Of a stretch of 64,000 nt of DNA, positions 18,425-28,763 are shown one piece after another (position 1 is the stretch's first letter; each line of letters opens with the position of its first letter). The notes beneath the pieces are model-generated. The model was given only the letters and a program-made list of their open reading frames with translations, was not told the DNA's origin and did no database searches. A program made the position numbers and the translations under genes. The stretch covers positions 70,616-134,615 of IMG/VR virus record IMGVR_UViG_3300034158_000007, one strand, 5' to 3'. Source of the DNA: a virus.

Positions 18425-18438
18425 CCTTATTTTTTTTG

Positions 18439-18867
18439 TTATTCTTCGAACTCTAGCGTGACACTAGAACCCGGTAGGTAAGCCATGCTGATGGTGGTGA
18501 CATCCAACGTGAACACACTACCACTGAATGGACGATCCAGATACTCTTCGTTCTGTACCGGGATACCCAATTGCTCACGCATTACGGTTAGGATCTGATA
18601 GGTACGGGTGTAGTCTGTGGCCTTACCTGGAATCTTAACGTGTTGGAGATCTTCGTTCACCTTACGGCGATTAAAGAACAACGTCTCTTGTCCACTGAAC
18701 TCATTGGAATTGACCGAAGCTTTAATAGTCACCCGAGAGTTACACTGACCTTGCAGCCAGATCTCAGGAGACAACCAATCGATATCTTCCATCATAACAG
18801 CCGGGACGATGTTGTTAGCCAAGTTAAACTGATTCAACAGACTCCGCTTTACATTAGTTACAATCAT
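18439..18867 (-). CDS. Virion structural protein (gp126-like); start refined to 18867
   Basis: RBS GAGG; NS.V...A...S..FSGQ.T.F.NRR domain shared with neighbouring paralogs. Confidence 0.65.
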   Translation of the reverse strand: MIVTNVKRSLLNQFNLANNIVPAVMMEDIDWLSPEIWLQGQCNSRVTIKASVNSNEFSGQETLFFNRRKVNEDLQHVKIPGKATDYTRTYQILTVMREQLGIPVQNEEYLDRPFSGSVFTLDVTTISMAYLPGSSVTLEFEE

Positions 18868-18874
18868 GTTGACC

Positions 18875-19750
18875 TCAGTTATAGTGAAGGAGCAGATAAC
18901 CTGCCACGTTGTTAGATACGATACCCAATTCCAATACCACAACATTCAAGATGTCCGTGCGTGGAGAATAACGGGGTAACACTCGGCCATTGTAAACCAC
19001 CCGGATACGACCCTCGCCTTTATCGGCATCGAACGCAAGGTTCCAATCGACTAGGTCCTTACTGCACACCCATGGTGTACCAGTTATGTCTTGCACGATA
19101 GCTGCCAGCTTACGACCTGTAGGCCACACTGAGGCACGCGTTAATACTTTTAGGTACTCACGCTCACTGGTGAAGTCATAACCTGCTGTAACGTACTGTG
19201 CGGAGATCTTAGCCCCATCTGGGTTACCAAGTGGCCAGGTATTAGCCAAAGGGAACTCAAACTGACTAGATACCTCGGACAATGCACGGCGGGTAGTGTT
19301 GATCAAACGGAAATCAATTTTCCCTACGAATCGCAACGACTTGGGATTAGCAGTCAGCGTAAAGGTTTCGTTGTAGGTATTGTATTCAACATGAACGAAG
19401 TCATTCAGGGTAAATACGATCTCATTAAACTCACCGATAGCAGCCAGTACCTCAGCAGTATTAGTTGGAAGTGTAAAGCCTGGAAGATCCTTAACTCCAA
19501 ACGAACGGAAGAAAGTCTGTAGATCCAAACGGTCGTAGACATACTCCTTACGTTCGATCGGTGGGGCTGTGTTAAACTCATTCTCAACCTGATTAGGGAT
19601 AATCACCACTTGCGTGCTGGTCGTCCCTAGTGGTACAAACGATTCGAGTTTAGTGGAGTACGGCTGTAGCTCAGTACCGTACTGTTCATTGATACGTGCG
19701 ATAATCGCGTCCCAAGGGTCAGCCTTTAAATAGTCGCGGGTTAGAAACAT
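18875..19750 (-). CDS. Virion structural protein (gp127-like)
   Basis: Y.YDRLDL domain typical of phiKZ-like tail/baseplate proteins; synteny. Confidence 0.65.
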   Translation of the reverse strand: MFLTRDYLKADPWDAIIARINEQYGTELQPYSTKLESFVPLGTTSTQVVIIPNQVENEFNTAPPIERKEYVYDRLDLQTFFRSFGVKDLPGFTLPTNTAEVLAAIGEFNEIVFTLNDFVHVEYNTYNETFTLTANPKSLRFVGKIDFRLINTTRRALSEVSSQFEFPLANTWPLGNPDGAKISAQYVTAGYDFTSEREYLKVLTRASVWPTGRKLAAIVQDITGTPWVCSKDLVDWNLAFDADKGEGRIRVVYNGRVLPRYSPRTDILNVVVLELGIVSNNVAGYLLLHYN

Positions 19751-19752
19751 GA

Positions 19753-21924
19753 TTACCTCTCAAATTTAGGCCATTGTGGATCAGATGATTCTTCGTAGAA
19801 TTCGAGATCACCATCTGGATCGGTAGTGCGACTCTCAACAATACTCACTGCACCTACACCGATGTTACACACAGGCATTGGATACGCATGTTCCTTGAAG
19901 CTAGTCTCGACGATGTTAACGCATGGGTCAATCCACCAAGTACCACTTTGTTTGTACGACCAACTAATGTTAGGTTCAATCAAAGCGTCAGGTAACCTGA
20001 TCAAAGACATACCGCGCGCACCGATGTCACGCACATTGATGTTAACGATGGGTACAACTTGGGTTTCACCAGAATGGGCAGACATGTCACCAAGACGTGG
20101 CATGACGATACCCAATACGTGGAACTTAGTGAACTCAACGTTACGTAGGTACTGTGCGATGTAGCTGGACATCCTCGACATCAGACGAAGCAGTTCACGT
20201 TGTACTTCACCCAAGGTAATGATCTTAACCAAGTTAGCCCCAGTAGCGATGTTGATCGCATCCAAACACAGCTGCTCCATTTCTGGGTTAGACATGTCGG
20301 TGATCTTGAAACCTTGTTGACGGAAGTAGTCATCCCATGTGGTGTTATCTGGTACCAGTTGACATACCCGATTCATGTAGTGCATTCGAACGACTTGCTC
20401 ACAGTAAGCACGTGACACCATGTGCTCTTGGAAACTATAGAGTTCCCACTGCTTCAGGTAACGTGAGTGAACACCCACACAGTCCAGATAGAACTGCTCG
20501 GTCGAGATGTACTGACCCATCGGAGGGGTCAAGTCTTGAATAGCCGTGATCACTTCATTAGTAATCAAACGTGTAGGAGCAATCTTGCGAAGTTCCATAA
20601 ACGTGGGCGACTTATTCAACAGTACATCGTAAGCAATAAACCTTGGGATCACATCTGTTAACACGCCACGGGATTTCATCCAGCAGTACATAGTTACCAG
20701 ATAGGCATCCTTCACGGACATCGTCATGTTCTCGCCCGTCTTAGGGTTAGGGATCTGAACGAAAGCCCTGTAGCGATCACTGGAGGCAAGTTGCAACCAT
20801 TCATTGAGTAGTACGTGCTCAAGGCTACGAACGTTGGATACAGAGCGGTCAATAACCTCGGAGTCGTATACCCGTGTAGGTAAGATACTCGACTTACTGT
20901 AACCCATGTCCTGCATGATCTCCCGTTCGGTATCAAACTGAACCAATGGGTTATCACGTGCCAGCAGTTGTTCACGTTCCAGAATGGTACTAACTGGAAC
21001 TTGCGCCAACCCATCTTGAACCACATTGAAGTTAACGTCGTGTTTGACCATCTCAACATGAGCAAGGTTATCACGAAGCATATTCGTCGAGTTCTGATTC
21101 AAGGTGTACTTCAACAGAGGAATACCACGGTGAGTCAGAATGTTCTGAACCAATCGTTGGAAGGTATCCTTACTACCAGCGTGACGTTGCAGGAAATTGA
21201 TGTTCCGATACAACCACAGCATCTGGAAGGTGTCCAGATAGGGGATGAAGTCGTCTAGGTGCTCGTGTGAGGCCAAGTACTCACGAATGTGATACGAGTG
21301 GGCGTTGTTGGTCTTAGCCTTCGCCAGACGCATTGCAAGGATCGCAGGGACCATACGCGAATAAAGGTTACCGAGATAAGCTGCGTGAAAAAGATCATCC
21401 ACGATGTTAAATTGATCGTTATACCACCGAATATAGAAAGCATTCACCCAATCCTGTAGATCGTAAATGAACGTATCTTCTTGCGCCTCAACGTATTTCG
21501 GATCGTGATAAAGAATCTTACCGTCCTCAGCATCGATAGCTGTTTGAATATCGATCGGATAAAGGATGCCTGTAATTAGGTCAGCCTGTGTCGGATACTG
21601 TCGCACCAAGCTCTTATAAAGGATGCTACCCGGATAGTACTCACGTGCTGTTGCCCGATGGATGGCTAAGTTAGCTTTGGTGAATTCGATCATCTCGAGT
21701 GTATCGGCGGACTTAACGTACATCATGACATCAGTCGAGTGATACTCACCCGCCAAGTGCATGTAGTACTTCCATGTTGTTGGCTCGTTCTGGTCAACCT
21801 CGAGTCCATCAAATTGTAATAGACGGGCATTTATCTGGTCAGCGGTTTCGCTGTACTTAATAATAACTGACCGTACCAATTTGATGATATCATCGCGATA
21901 AACGTCGAAATACACGTTGTTCAT
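19753..21924 (-). CDS. Large virion/baseplate structural protein (gp128-like); start refined to 21924
   Basis: TWKYYMHLAGEYH..D..M...S.DT.E.I.FT motif; the refined start removes the overlap with the portal gene. Confidence 0.7.
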   Translation of the reverse strand: MNNVYFDVYRDDIIKLVRSVIIKYSETADQINARLLQFDGLEVDQNEPTTWKYYMHLAGEYHSTDVMMYVKSADTLEMIEFTKANLAIHRATAREYYPGSILYKSLVRQYPTQADLITGILYPIDIQTAIDAEDGKILYHDPKYVEAQEDTFIYDLQDWVNAFYIRWYNDQFNIVDDLFHAAYLGNLYSRMVPAILAMRLAKAKTNNAHSYHIREYLASHEHLDDFIPYLDTFQMLWLYRNINFLQRHAGSKDTFQRLVQNILTHRGIPLLKYTLNQNSTNMLRDNLAHVEMVKHDVNFNVVQDGLAQVPVSTILEREQLLARDNPLVQFDTEREIMQDMGYSKSSILPTRVYDSEVIDRSVSNVRSLEHVLLNEWLQLASSDRYRAFVQIPNPKTGENMTMSVKDAYLVTMYCWMKSRGVLTDVIPRFIAYDVLLNKSPTFMELRKIAPTRLITNEVITAIQDLTPPMGQYISTEQFYLDCVGVHSRYLKQWELYSFQEHMVSRAYCEQVVRMHYMNRVCQLVPDNTTWDDYFRQQGFKITDMSNPEMEQLCLDAINIATGANLVKIITLGEVQRELLRLMSRMSSYIAQYLRNVEFTKFHVLGIVMPRLGDMSAHSGETQVVPIVNINVRDIGARGMSLIRLPDALIEPNISWSYKQSGTWWIDPCVNIVETSFKEHAYPMPVCNIGVGAVSIVESRTTDPDGDLEFYEESSDPQWPKFER

Positions 21925-21959
21925 TGTAAGATACTCACTTGTTAATTTGGGAGTTTCAA

Positions 21960-24734
21960 ATGCCTCAAAAGATACCCGCTGTCCCTTACCCGAAGTTAGC
22001 GGCTGTACGACTAGGTCACGCTGCAACGCCAACCAACGCGCTGCTTAACCTTCTACGTCGTGATATCCATGCTCCTACGGGAGACTCGGCTAAGCCGACA
22101 GTGGATATCAACCGCTTTACTATGGATAAGGTATCCAGACAAACTACGCAAGATATCACGGACTCTAATGCCGTGATGCAATTGCTACCAGAACTTCAGT
22201 TGGTGAAGACGGTAGCGATCGGTACAACGCTAGATCCGAAGTCCATGTCGGAGGCGAATCTAACGTTTCAAATTGACCCCGCTGTATTTGACAGCGAAAT
22301 CAGTAAACTCTTGCTGGAGCCAATTGAGAATTTCTTTAAGAAAGACTATAAGATTGACGACCGGCTGGATTTGATCCTTGAAGACTGTCTGTTTAACAAG
22401 GGTTCTTCGGTCCTCTGCGTCCTCCCTGAGAACGTTCTGGACAATCTGGTTAACGGTAATCGTGGCGTGTCTATGGAAGCCTTCGGGACTATCCGTGATC
22501 GTATTGCGAACACCACCAGTGATAACATGGGTTTCCTTGGTTCGGCTAAACAGTACAAGGACGGTGTAAAGATCTCCTTGGAAGGACATAGTCAAAGCGC
22601 CACTGATAACGCTGCACAAGGCGAGTACCTAGGTAACCAATATCAGCTGGAACACATTAAGGTATCTGACAACTTCAACGTGTTGAAAGTACCGGGTATG
22701 TCACGGCGCGTTCGTGAACTGGGTATTGCGGCTAAGCTCCGTAAGAACAGTGTCTCGATGGAATCGGAAGTTCACCAGTTTAACAACTCTGAGATCGAAC
22801 GACTCTACGATAATTCCCGTCAAGGTTCTGAACAAACTCAGGTGATCAGCTCGCCTAAGTACATGGCCCGTCCTTCTGTTGGCCACCCATTGATTCTACC
22901 TCTACCATCGGAAGCTGTTATTCCGGTATTCGTAGCAGGTCGACCATATGAACACATTGGTTACTTCTTGCTGGTAGACCATCACGGTTATCCGGTATCG
23001 AAAGACTCCACACGTGACTTCTACGGCGAACTCCAATCGGGTTGGAAGTCTGGTGACGGCGGTGGTATGGGCGGTAGCGGTAACTCCGAGATCCTTCGGT
23101 TGACCCGTGAAGCGATGGGCGACAACGATAAGTCCGCTTATGAAGTAGACCATATCCAAACAGCCTTTAACGCTATCCTGACCAGTGACTTGAACAACCG
23201 TCTGCGTAACGGTCTGTATGACCAAGACGTAGAGCTGGGTGTTACTCAAGAGATCCAACGGATTATGCTGTACCGTAGTTGGAAAGCTAAAACTACCCAA
23301 CTGATCTTTGTCCCTGAAGAACTGATGACTTACATCGCCTTCGACTACAACAAGAACGGTATCGGTGAAACCCTCATCGCCCGTACTAAGATGTTGTCGA
23401 CTATGCGTACCACTCTGTTGTTCGCTGAAACAATCGGCGGCATGCGTAACGCAATGGGTCGTAAGAAAGTTCTCGTTGATATTGACCCGGACGATCCAGA
23501 TCCAGAATCCACCATTCAGAACATCCAATCGGTCATCGTTGAACAAGGTCACCGGAGTTTCCCTCTGGCTGCACCTGATCCAGCTCAGACTATGGATGCC
23601 TTGATCCGCTCTGGTTATGACTTCCAGATTAACGCCAACGATTCTGCCTACGCTCAAACTAAAGTTGAGTTCGACGACTACAACACTAACGTCAACGCTG
23701 GTAACCCAGAACTGCAAGACCGCCTGCGTCGTTATCACATCAGCTCCTTCGGTATCCCACCTGAGAAAGTTGACCCGATGTCCTCGCCTGACTTTGCAAC
23801 CTCGATCGTGCATAACGACTTGGTAACATCACGTGTGGTTAAGGAACGTCAGAAAGCATTGTGCGCACACTTGTCTAAGTTCGTTCGTTGCTTCTCGATG
23901 CACAGTTCTATCATTCGAGCTGAGTTGTATAAGGCTATTGAAGCTAACGTACAAATGTTGGTATCGCCTGAACTTAAGTCGATGTCGGTAGCAGAAGTAG
24001 CTGATGAGTTTATCCTGGCTTTGAGTGTTAGTCTCCCAGCTCCTGATAACACCCAACACGAACGCCAACTGGAAACCATCGAAGCTTACGAGCGTCTGTT
24101 GGATAAAGGTTTGGAAGCCTATATCACACCTGACCTGTTCCCAGATGACGTAACTGAAATCTCTGGTTTGGCTGATGACGTACTGCTTAACATCAAAGCG
24201 TTGTTCATTCGTCAGTACATGGCGTCTAACAACATCTTGCCTGAGTTGAACATCCTAACTGAGATGGATGGTAACCGTCCTGCATTCAGCTTGCTTGACC
24301 ACATCAATATCTCCCGTGCTACACAAGTACAGGCGTTCATTGAATACGCGGCTGGTAAGAAGAAGTTCAGTGACCGCATCAAAGAGATCTACAAAGAAGT
24401 TATCGAGAACATTAACAACGGTGAAGACTCTGGTGGTTTCGGCGGTGCTGGTGATAGTGGTGACGGTGGTTTCGATGATGACGGTGGTGGGTTTGATGAC
24501 GACAGTTTCGGTGACGACTCTGGAGGCGATGGTGGTGAACCATCATTGGACGACAGTAGTCAGCAAGAACTAGACCAAGAATTCAGTATGGATTCATCGG
24601 GTGATGATACCGGTGATGGCAATGCCGAAGAAGATGAATCTAGTTTCGAAACTGAAGGCTTAGATGACACAATGGGTAGCGCCGAGAAAGATGAACTCGG
24701 TGAGGAAGAAGAAGAGGAAGAAGATAAACCGTAA
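21960..24734 (+). CDS. Portal protein (phiKZ gp129-like) with an acidic G/D/E-rich C-terminal tail
   Basis: About 924 aa; GHP....LP.E.VIPV...G....HIGYF.L.D..G motif; SME/SLE cleavage sites; RBS GGAG before ATG 21960; synteny. Confidence 0.75.
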   Translation: MPQKIPAVPYPKLAAVRLGHAATPTNALLNLLRRDIHAPTGDSAKPTVDINRFTMDKVSRQTTQDITDSNAVMQLLPELQLVKTVAIGTTLDPKSMSEANLTFQIDPAVFDSEISKLLLEPIENFFKKDYKIDDRLDLILEDCLFNKGSSVLCVLPENVLDNLVNGNRGVSMEAFGTIRDRIANTTSDNMGFLGSAKQYKDGVKISLEGHSQSATDNAAQGEYLGNQYQLEHIKVSDNFNVLKVPGMSRRVRELGIAAKLRKNSVSMESEVHQFNNSEIERLYDNSRQGSEQTQVISSPKYMARPSVGHPLILPLPSEAVIPVFVAGRPYEHIGYFLLVDHHGYPVSKDSTRDFYGELQSGWKSGDGGGMGGSGNSEILRLTREAMGDNDKSAYEVDHIQTAFNAILTSDLNNRLRNGLYDQDVELGVTQEIQRIMLYRSWKAKTTQLIFVPEELMTYIAFDYNKNGIGETLIARTKMLSTMRTTLLFAETIGGMRNAMGRKKVLVDIDPDDPDPESTIQNIQSVIVEQGHRSFPLAAPDPAQTMDALIRSGYDFQINANDSAYAQTKVEFDDYNTNVNAGNPELQDRLRRYHISSFGIPPEKVDPMSSPDFATSIVHNDLVTSRVVKERQKALCAHLSKFVRCFSMHSSIIRAELYKAIEANVQMLVSPELKSMSVAEVADEFILALSVSLPAPDNTQHERQLETIEAYERLLDKGLEAYITPDLFPDDVTEISGLADDVLLNIKALFIRQYMASNNILPELNILTEMDGNRPAFSLLDHINISRATQVQAFIEYAAGKKKFSDRIKEIYKEVIENINNGEDSGGFGGAGDSGDGGFDDDGGGFDDDSFGDDSGGDGGEPSLDDSSQQELDQEFSMDSSGDDTGDGNAEEDESSFETEGLDDTMGSAEKDELGEEEEEEEDKP

Positions 24735-24777
24735 GACAACATATTGCCCCTCCTCACGGAGGGGCTTTATGCCGTTA
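24733..24777. repeat. 45-bp palindromic element, exact copy 1 (bidirectional terminator candidate)
   Basis: AAGACAACATATTGCCCCTCCTCACGGAGGGGCTTTATGCCGTTA, identical to 43135-43179. Confidence 0.9.
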
Positions 24778-26058
24778 ACCTTCGACACCGATGATTCGGT
24801 AGTAGGCGGTCTCATGCACAAACGGTCGTGCTGGATAAGCACCATCGTTCACAGCAGTCTGACGTGGCCAAGGGCGGTGGTGTGCATCGTAGTCGTAGCG
24901 TTTGTTCTCTGTTGCACAGTACACATACAGAACCTCAGGCTCAGGTACGATCGTACGGTGTATGTTAGGCTCATCGATGACGTGGTAATCAAGCATCCGA
25001 CCATAAGCACCAACCAGTGGATACTGCTTACCTTCGGCGTTTACAAAACGACCCGGAAGTTGCAGATACTGAACAGGTTCAAATGTCTGGAACAGACTAG
25101 GTGAATCAACGATAACAAAGAAGCTCTGGCTCAACTGTAGATACGCATTAATGACACGATCACATTTAAGTTCCTGTACGTTAAACAGGGATGGATCTTT
25201 TGGTGAGGTGCTCAGACCAAGACTCGATAGATCCATGTCTTTTACCGACTGCAAGTATCGGTTAAGGAACATCATCTTACCAAAGCTCAAACGCCATGTA
25301 CGATCACCAGTACGCGTGTACACATCTGACAACACGTTAAGATAACCACCCGTTACCAACAGAACGGTTTTATCCTTAAGGTCAACATCGTCAGGGAGTG
25401 TTAAGTAGGTGGCATCCCACAAGGGGGTATCAACTTCTTGAGGCTTGATCATGTCGGCTGTAATACGGTGGTAAGAAAGTTTACCAATCGTCTCGAACGA
25501 ATACAATCCGATTTGGTTATCGTTACATCTAACTGCCGTGGTGTTACCATCGATCACTCGAACCCCATCCACAGTCCAGTCAGTCAAATGGAAGTAACCA
25601 TTGACCGAGATCAAACAGTTATCCCTGATCCGCTCAGGAGTAAAGTCAGGGTGATTGATGATCAAGTCTTCCTTGTAGTAAGGTGACGCCTCACTCTTAA
25701 CTGTACCCAACCGTGCCCGCGCTTGGATGTCATAACCCACGTGCCAAGCTTGTGCATACTTAACTGTACGAATACGTTCGTTAGGCAACTTAGCTTCAAA
25801 TGGTAGCGTCTGGTTACCGACCGCAGTTAACCAAGCCTGTACTGTAGTCTCTGGTGGGTAGTTGTTGATCAGGTTTAAAACATTAACCCAGTGAAGGGCT
25901 TTCAATACAGGTTCCCCTGCACCCGGATATTCAATGTAAAGATAGATGTCGCCGTAGTTTGCAGTCAGGCTACCAATTGCAGCAGTAGCTAGGTTTGCTT
26001 CTTTCCAACGACCAGCTCGACGATCTTGACGAAACCGGGAACGCACTAGAGTGTACAT
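24775..26058 (-). CDS. Virion structural protein (gp130-like)
   Basis: 427 aa, RBS GGAGG; L.SVNG.FH motif; synteny. Confidence 0.7.
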   Translation of the reverse strand: MYTLVRSRFRQDRRAGRWKEANLATAAIGSLTANYGDIYLYIEYPGAGEPVLKALHWVNVLNLINNYPPETTVQAWLTAVGNQTLPFEAKLPNERIRTVKYAQAWHVGYDIQARARLGTVKSEASPYYKEDLIINHPDFTPERIRDNCLISVNGYFHLTDWTVDGVRVIDGNTTAVRCNDNQIGLYSFETIGKLSYHRITADMIKPQEVDTPLWDATYLTLPDDVDLKDKTVLLVTGGYLNVLSDVYTRTGDRTWRLSFGKMMFLNRYLQSVKDMDLSSLGLSTSPKDPSLFNVQELKCDRVINAYLQLSQSFFVIVDSPSLFQTFEPVQYLQLPGRFVNAEGKQYPLVGAYGRMLDYHVIDEPNIHRTIVPEPEVLYVYCATENKRYDYDAHHRPWPRQTAVNDGAYPARPFVHETAYYRIIGVEG

Positions 26059-26149
26059 ATTTACCTCCGAAAGTAAGATTGGACAATCCTATGTGAAATT
26101 CACATCATTAAGCTAACAATGGCGCACTAGCGCTTCTTAGGAGGGTGCG

Positions 26150-28360
26150 ATGGCTTACAGTACTACTTATCTGTATCCCGAAGACCTAAATGGTAACCTA
26201 CCTAGCAACCTGATCGTTAATGAACCTCAGACCTTGCAGGCACCAGGCCCAACAGACTACTACTTTATTATCCCCCATGCCGCACCCTTCTTTGTAGACT
26301 CGCTTAAAGTGGTTCTAACATCGACTGGACTGCCATTGGTGGAGGGCGACGACTATCAGGTGGGTCACCTCTTCATTGAAGCAATGGATTCCATCGGTCG
26401 ACCTATCGCCGGTAGTATCCGCTTCATGAAACCCACGATTGTTGGTCAAGTTAAACTGACATACCGGACCATTGGTGGACCATGGGGCTTTAGTGACGCT
26501 GCGATTCTTCGTGAACTGTCTAATAAGCATCTCAACCCACTCATTCGTTCTTGGGGCGACATTGATGTTCTCCCTTATGCATTCCCCCCGCTGCCGCACG
26601 ATCAAAGTATCGATACGCTGGTAGGTTCCAAAGAAATCAATATCACGTTGGAGAAGATTGCTGCGATTCTCGAAGCTTCGGCTGAGGGTACGTCTCTTTC
26701 TCACATCAACAACCATAACAACCCGCACGTTGTAACCAAGGAACAGGTTCAGCTGGGTAACGTACCAAACTTTGCGATGGCTACTGACCAGCAGATGCTG
26801 GATGCAGACCGGAACGATTTGTTTACGAACCCGCGTGGTGTATTGCTGTTGGTTAACAAGTACGCGGTAACCCCGCTGAACGCACACATCAACGCAACTG
26901 GTAACGTTCACCACATGGTTGCTGCTGATATTGACTTGGGTAATGTTCCGAACTGGAAGCCAGCTACACCAGCTCAAGCAATCGACCCGACGAACACTAA
27001 TACGTTCATGACGCCGTATACCACGTCGCTGTTGATTCAGAAGCTTCAGAACGATCCTCGTCTGGATCAACTGATCATCGATTTCAACCAGCACATTCTG
27101 GCAAACAACCCGCACCACATCACTCCACAGATGATCGGTACTTATACTTCGGTACAGATTGACCAGATGATTGCGGCTGTTAGTCAAGGTGGCGATGCGG
27201 TTACCTTTGGTGGTGAGTCGCCACAGCAATGGGTTGCTAAGTTTCCAGCCGTAGCAGATATCAACCAGATGTTGGATGAAGCTGCTGATGAATGGAACCT
27301 GGGTTATGTTGCTGTAAGTTCAGTTGATGTGACCGACCCTAATACACCTGAAGCGATTGCACTCAAAGAGTCCAAACGCGCCTCGTGGTGTTTCGGTCAG
27401 TACAATGCGTACGCTGTGTACAACTCCATCGGTGAAGGTATCATCATGGCAGACCGTTCGTTGCGTGGTAGCTACCCAACCGTTCCGCTTCCAGCCGCAT
27501 CGGGTAAATGGGCTACTGCCGATCAGGCGGGTTATTACATTCGGCCAGACGGGTCTATCTCCACGTGGGGTGCACTCGCTATCAATATCCCAGCCGTGTA
27601 CCGTACTGGTACAATGACTGCGGGTAATGAATCGGATGCGATCTACGCCTCGAAGGATTACCTGTATTTGTACCTTAGAGCTGAGAAGCTCGTCCTTATC
27701 AAACGGGACGGTACAGTTAACGTAGGGCCAGTATTGGAAGACGTTGGTACAATTCATCCAAACATGGGTATTACCGATGCACGTGAATTTGCGATCATTG
27801 AGATCTCCCCTGCACCTGATGTACGTAGTTGGCAAGCACGTGGTGACACTGGCTTCGTTGCAGCTATCAATGCATTGAACGCTCGGGCTACGTCTGAAGG
27901 TTTCACTATCACGGACATGCGTCTCGGTACGAATAACGTATTGGTTCAGTACCTTAAAGGTGCGGATAGCAAGTTGCTGATGTATCGTCTGAATTATGGG
28001 GCTACCGTGACCATGACCGACGTTACTGCCGGTACAACGCTGATGGACCACAGTACTGGGGTTGCAGTGGCCATAGGTTCTCTGGCTACGGTAAGTGCAA
28101 TCGATGGTAGCTACACCCACTTCACCGTGCTGCAACCAGATGGTCCGGGTTCTACGAATACCGACCTGTTCAGCTTTGGTAGCAATGCTGAAGGACAGCT
28201 CGAGATCACACCAATGGATGGTCCGTTCATTAGCTGTACTGCGGGCTACAACTTCACCGTAACTGTCAACAGCCACAACTATACTGAGTACTGGGGTAAC
28301 TCACCAGATAACTCCTTGTACTGGCGTGACGGTGCTTACATTGACATCGGAGGGTTGTAA
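26150..28360 (+). CDS. Tail tip/fibre protein (gp131-like) with NPH repeats and a C-terminal RCC1-like propeller
   Basis: H....NPH.VT..Q..LGNV.N repeats; C-terminal FGSNAEGQL....CTAGYNFTV; RBS GGAGGG; late TATG at 26090. Confidence 0.8.
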   Translation: MAYSTTYLYPEDLNGNLPSNLIVNEPQTLQAPGPTDYYFIIPHAAPFFVDSLKVVLTSTGLPLVEGDDYQVGHLFIEAMDSIGRPIAGSIRFMKPTIVGQVKLTYRTIGGPWGFSDAAILRELSNKHLNPLIRSWGDIDVLPYAFPPLPHDQSIDTLVGSKEINITLEKIAAILEASAEGTSLSHINNHNNPHVVTKEQVQLGNVPNFAMATDQQMLDADRNDLFTNPRGVLLLVNKYAVTPLNAHINATGNVHHMVAADIDLGNVPNWKPATPAQAIDPTNTNTFMTPYTTSLLIQKLQNDPRLDQLIIDFNQHILANNPHHITPQMIGTYTSVQIDQMIAAVSQGGDAVTFGGESPQQWVAKFPAVADINQMLDEAADEWNLGYVAVSSVDVTDPNTPEAIALKESKRASWCFGQYNAYAVYNSIGEGIIMADRSLRGSYPTVPLPAASGKWATADQAGYYIRPDGSISTWGALAINIPAVYRTGTMTAGNESDAIYASKDYLYLYLRAEKLVLIKRDGTVNVGPVLEDVGTIHPNMGITDAREFAIIEISPAPDVRSWQARGDTGFVAAINALNARATSEGFTITDMRLGTNNVLVQYLKGADSKLLMYRLNYGATVTMTDVTAGTTLMDHSTGVAVAIGSLATVSAIDGSYTHFTVLQPDGPGSTNTDLFSFGSNAEGQLEITPMDGPFISCTAGYNFTVTVNSHNYTEYWGNSPDNSLYWRDGAYIDIGGL

Positions 28361-28362
28361 TC

Positions 28363-28686
28363 ATGGCAATGGCTGATTTCGTCGTAAAGTTTACAGAACT
28401 TAAATCGACAATGAAAACGTTCTTCGCAGTAACTGTGGATAAATTTACAGTTCTACGCAATCGTCTGAATGCGCATGTTGCCGCAACTGGTAACGTGCAC
28501 GATCTCGAACCTGTTGATATCGGACTGGGTAATGTACCAGACTGGTTACCGTCAACGCTTAAGCAGGCGGAGGACGGCATGAGTAATAACTCATTCGTTA
28601 CCCCCCGTCGAGTTGATAACTATACGGACAAGAATGTCTATAAAGTAATCGGCGATGCTTTTGCTGCTGCGGCTGCTGATCTGTAA
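28363..28686 (+). CDS. Small tail-fibre-associated protein (gp132-like)
   Basis: HVAATGNVH.....IGLGNVPD repeat shared with the upstream protein. Confidence 0.75.
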   Translation: MAMADFVVKFTELKSTMKTFFAVTVDKFTVLRNRLNAHVAATGNVHDLEPVDIGLGNVPDWLPSTLKQAEDGMSNNSFVTPRRVDNYTDKNVYKVIGDAFAAAAADL

Positions 28687-28763
28687 TTAACCGAACAGCG
28701 GAGGGAGTACATCGGGTCCACCCGTTGTCTCCTTCTGCTGTTATTTATTTCCTTGGAGTTAAA

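Noticed and set aside
21925-22032. Apparent head-to-head overlap of the gp128-like and portal ORFs in the ORF track
   Set aside because: Disappears with the RBS-supported starts at 21924 and 21960.
28690-28730. Imperfect hairpin ACAGCGG...CCGTTGT after the gp132-like gene
   Set aside because: Weak, bulged stem; could be an attenuator, but indistinguishable from chance without data.
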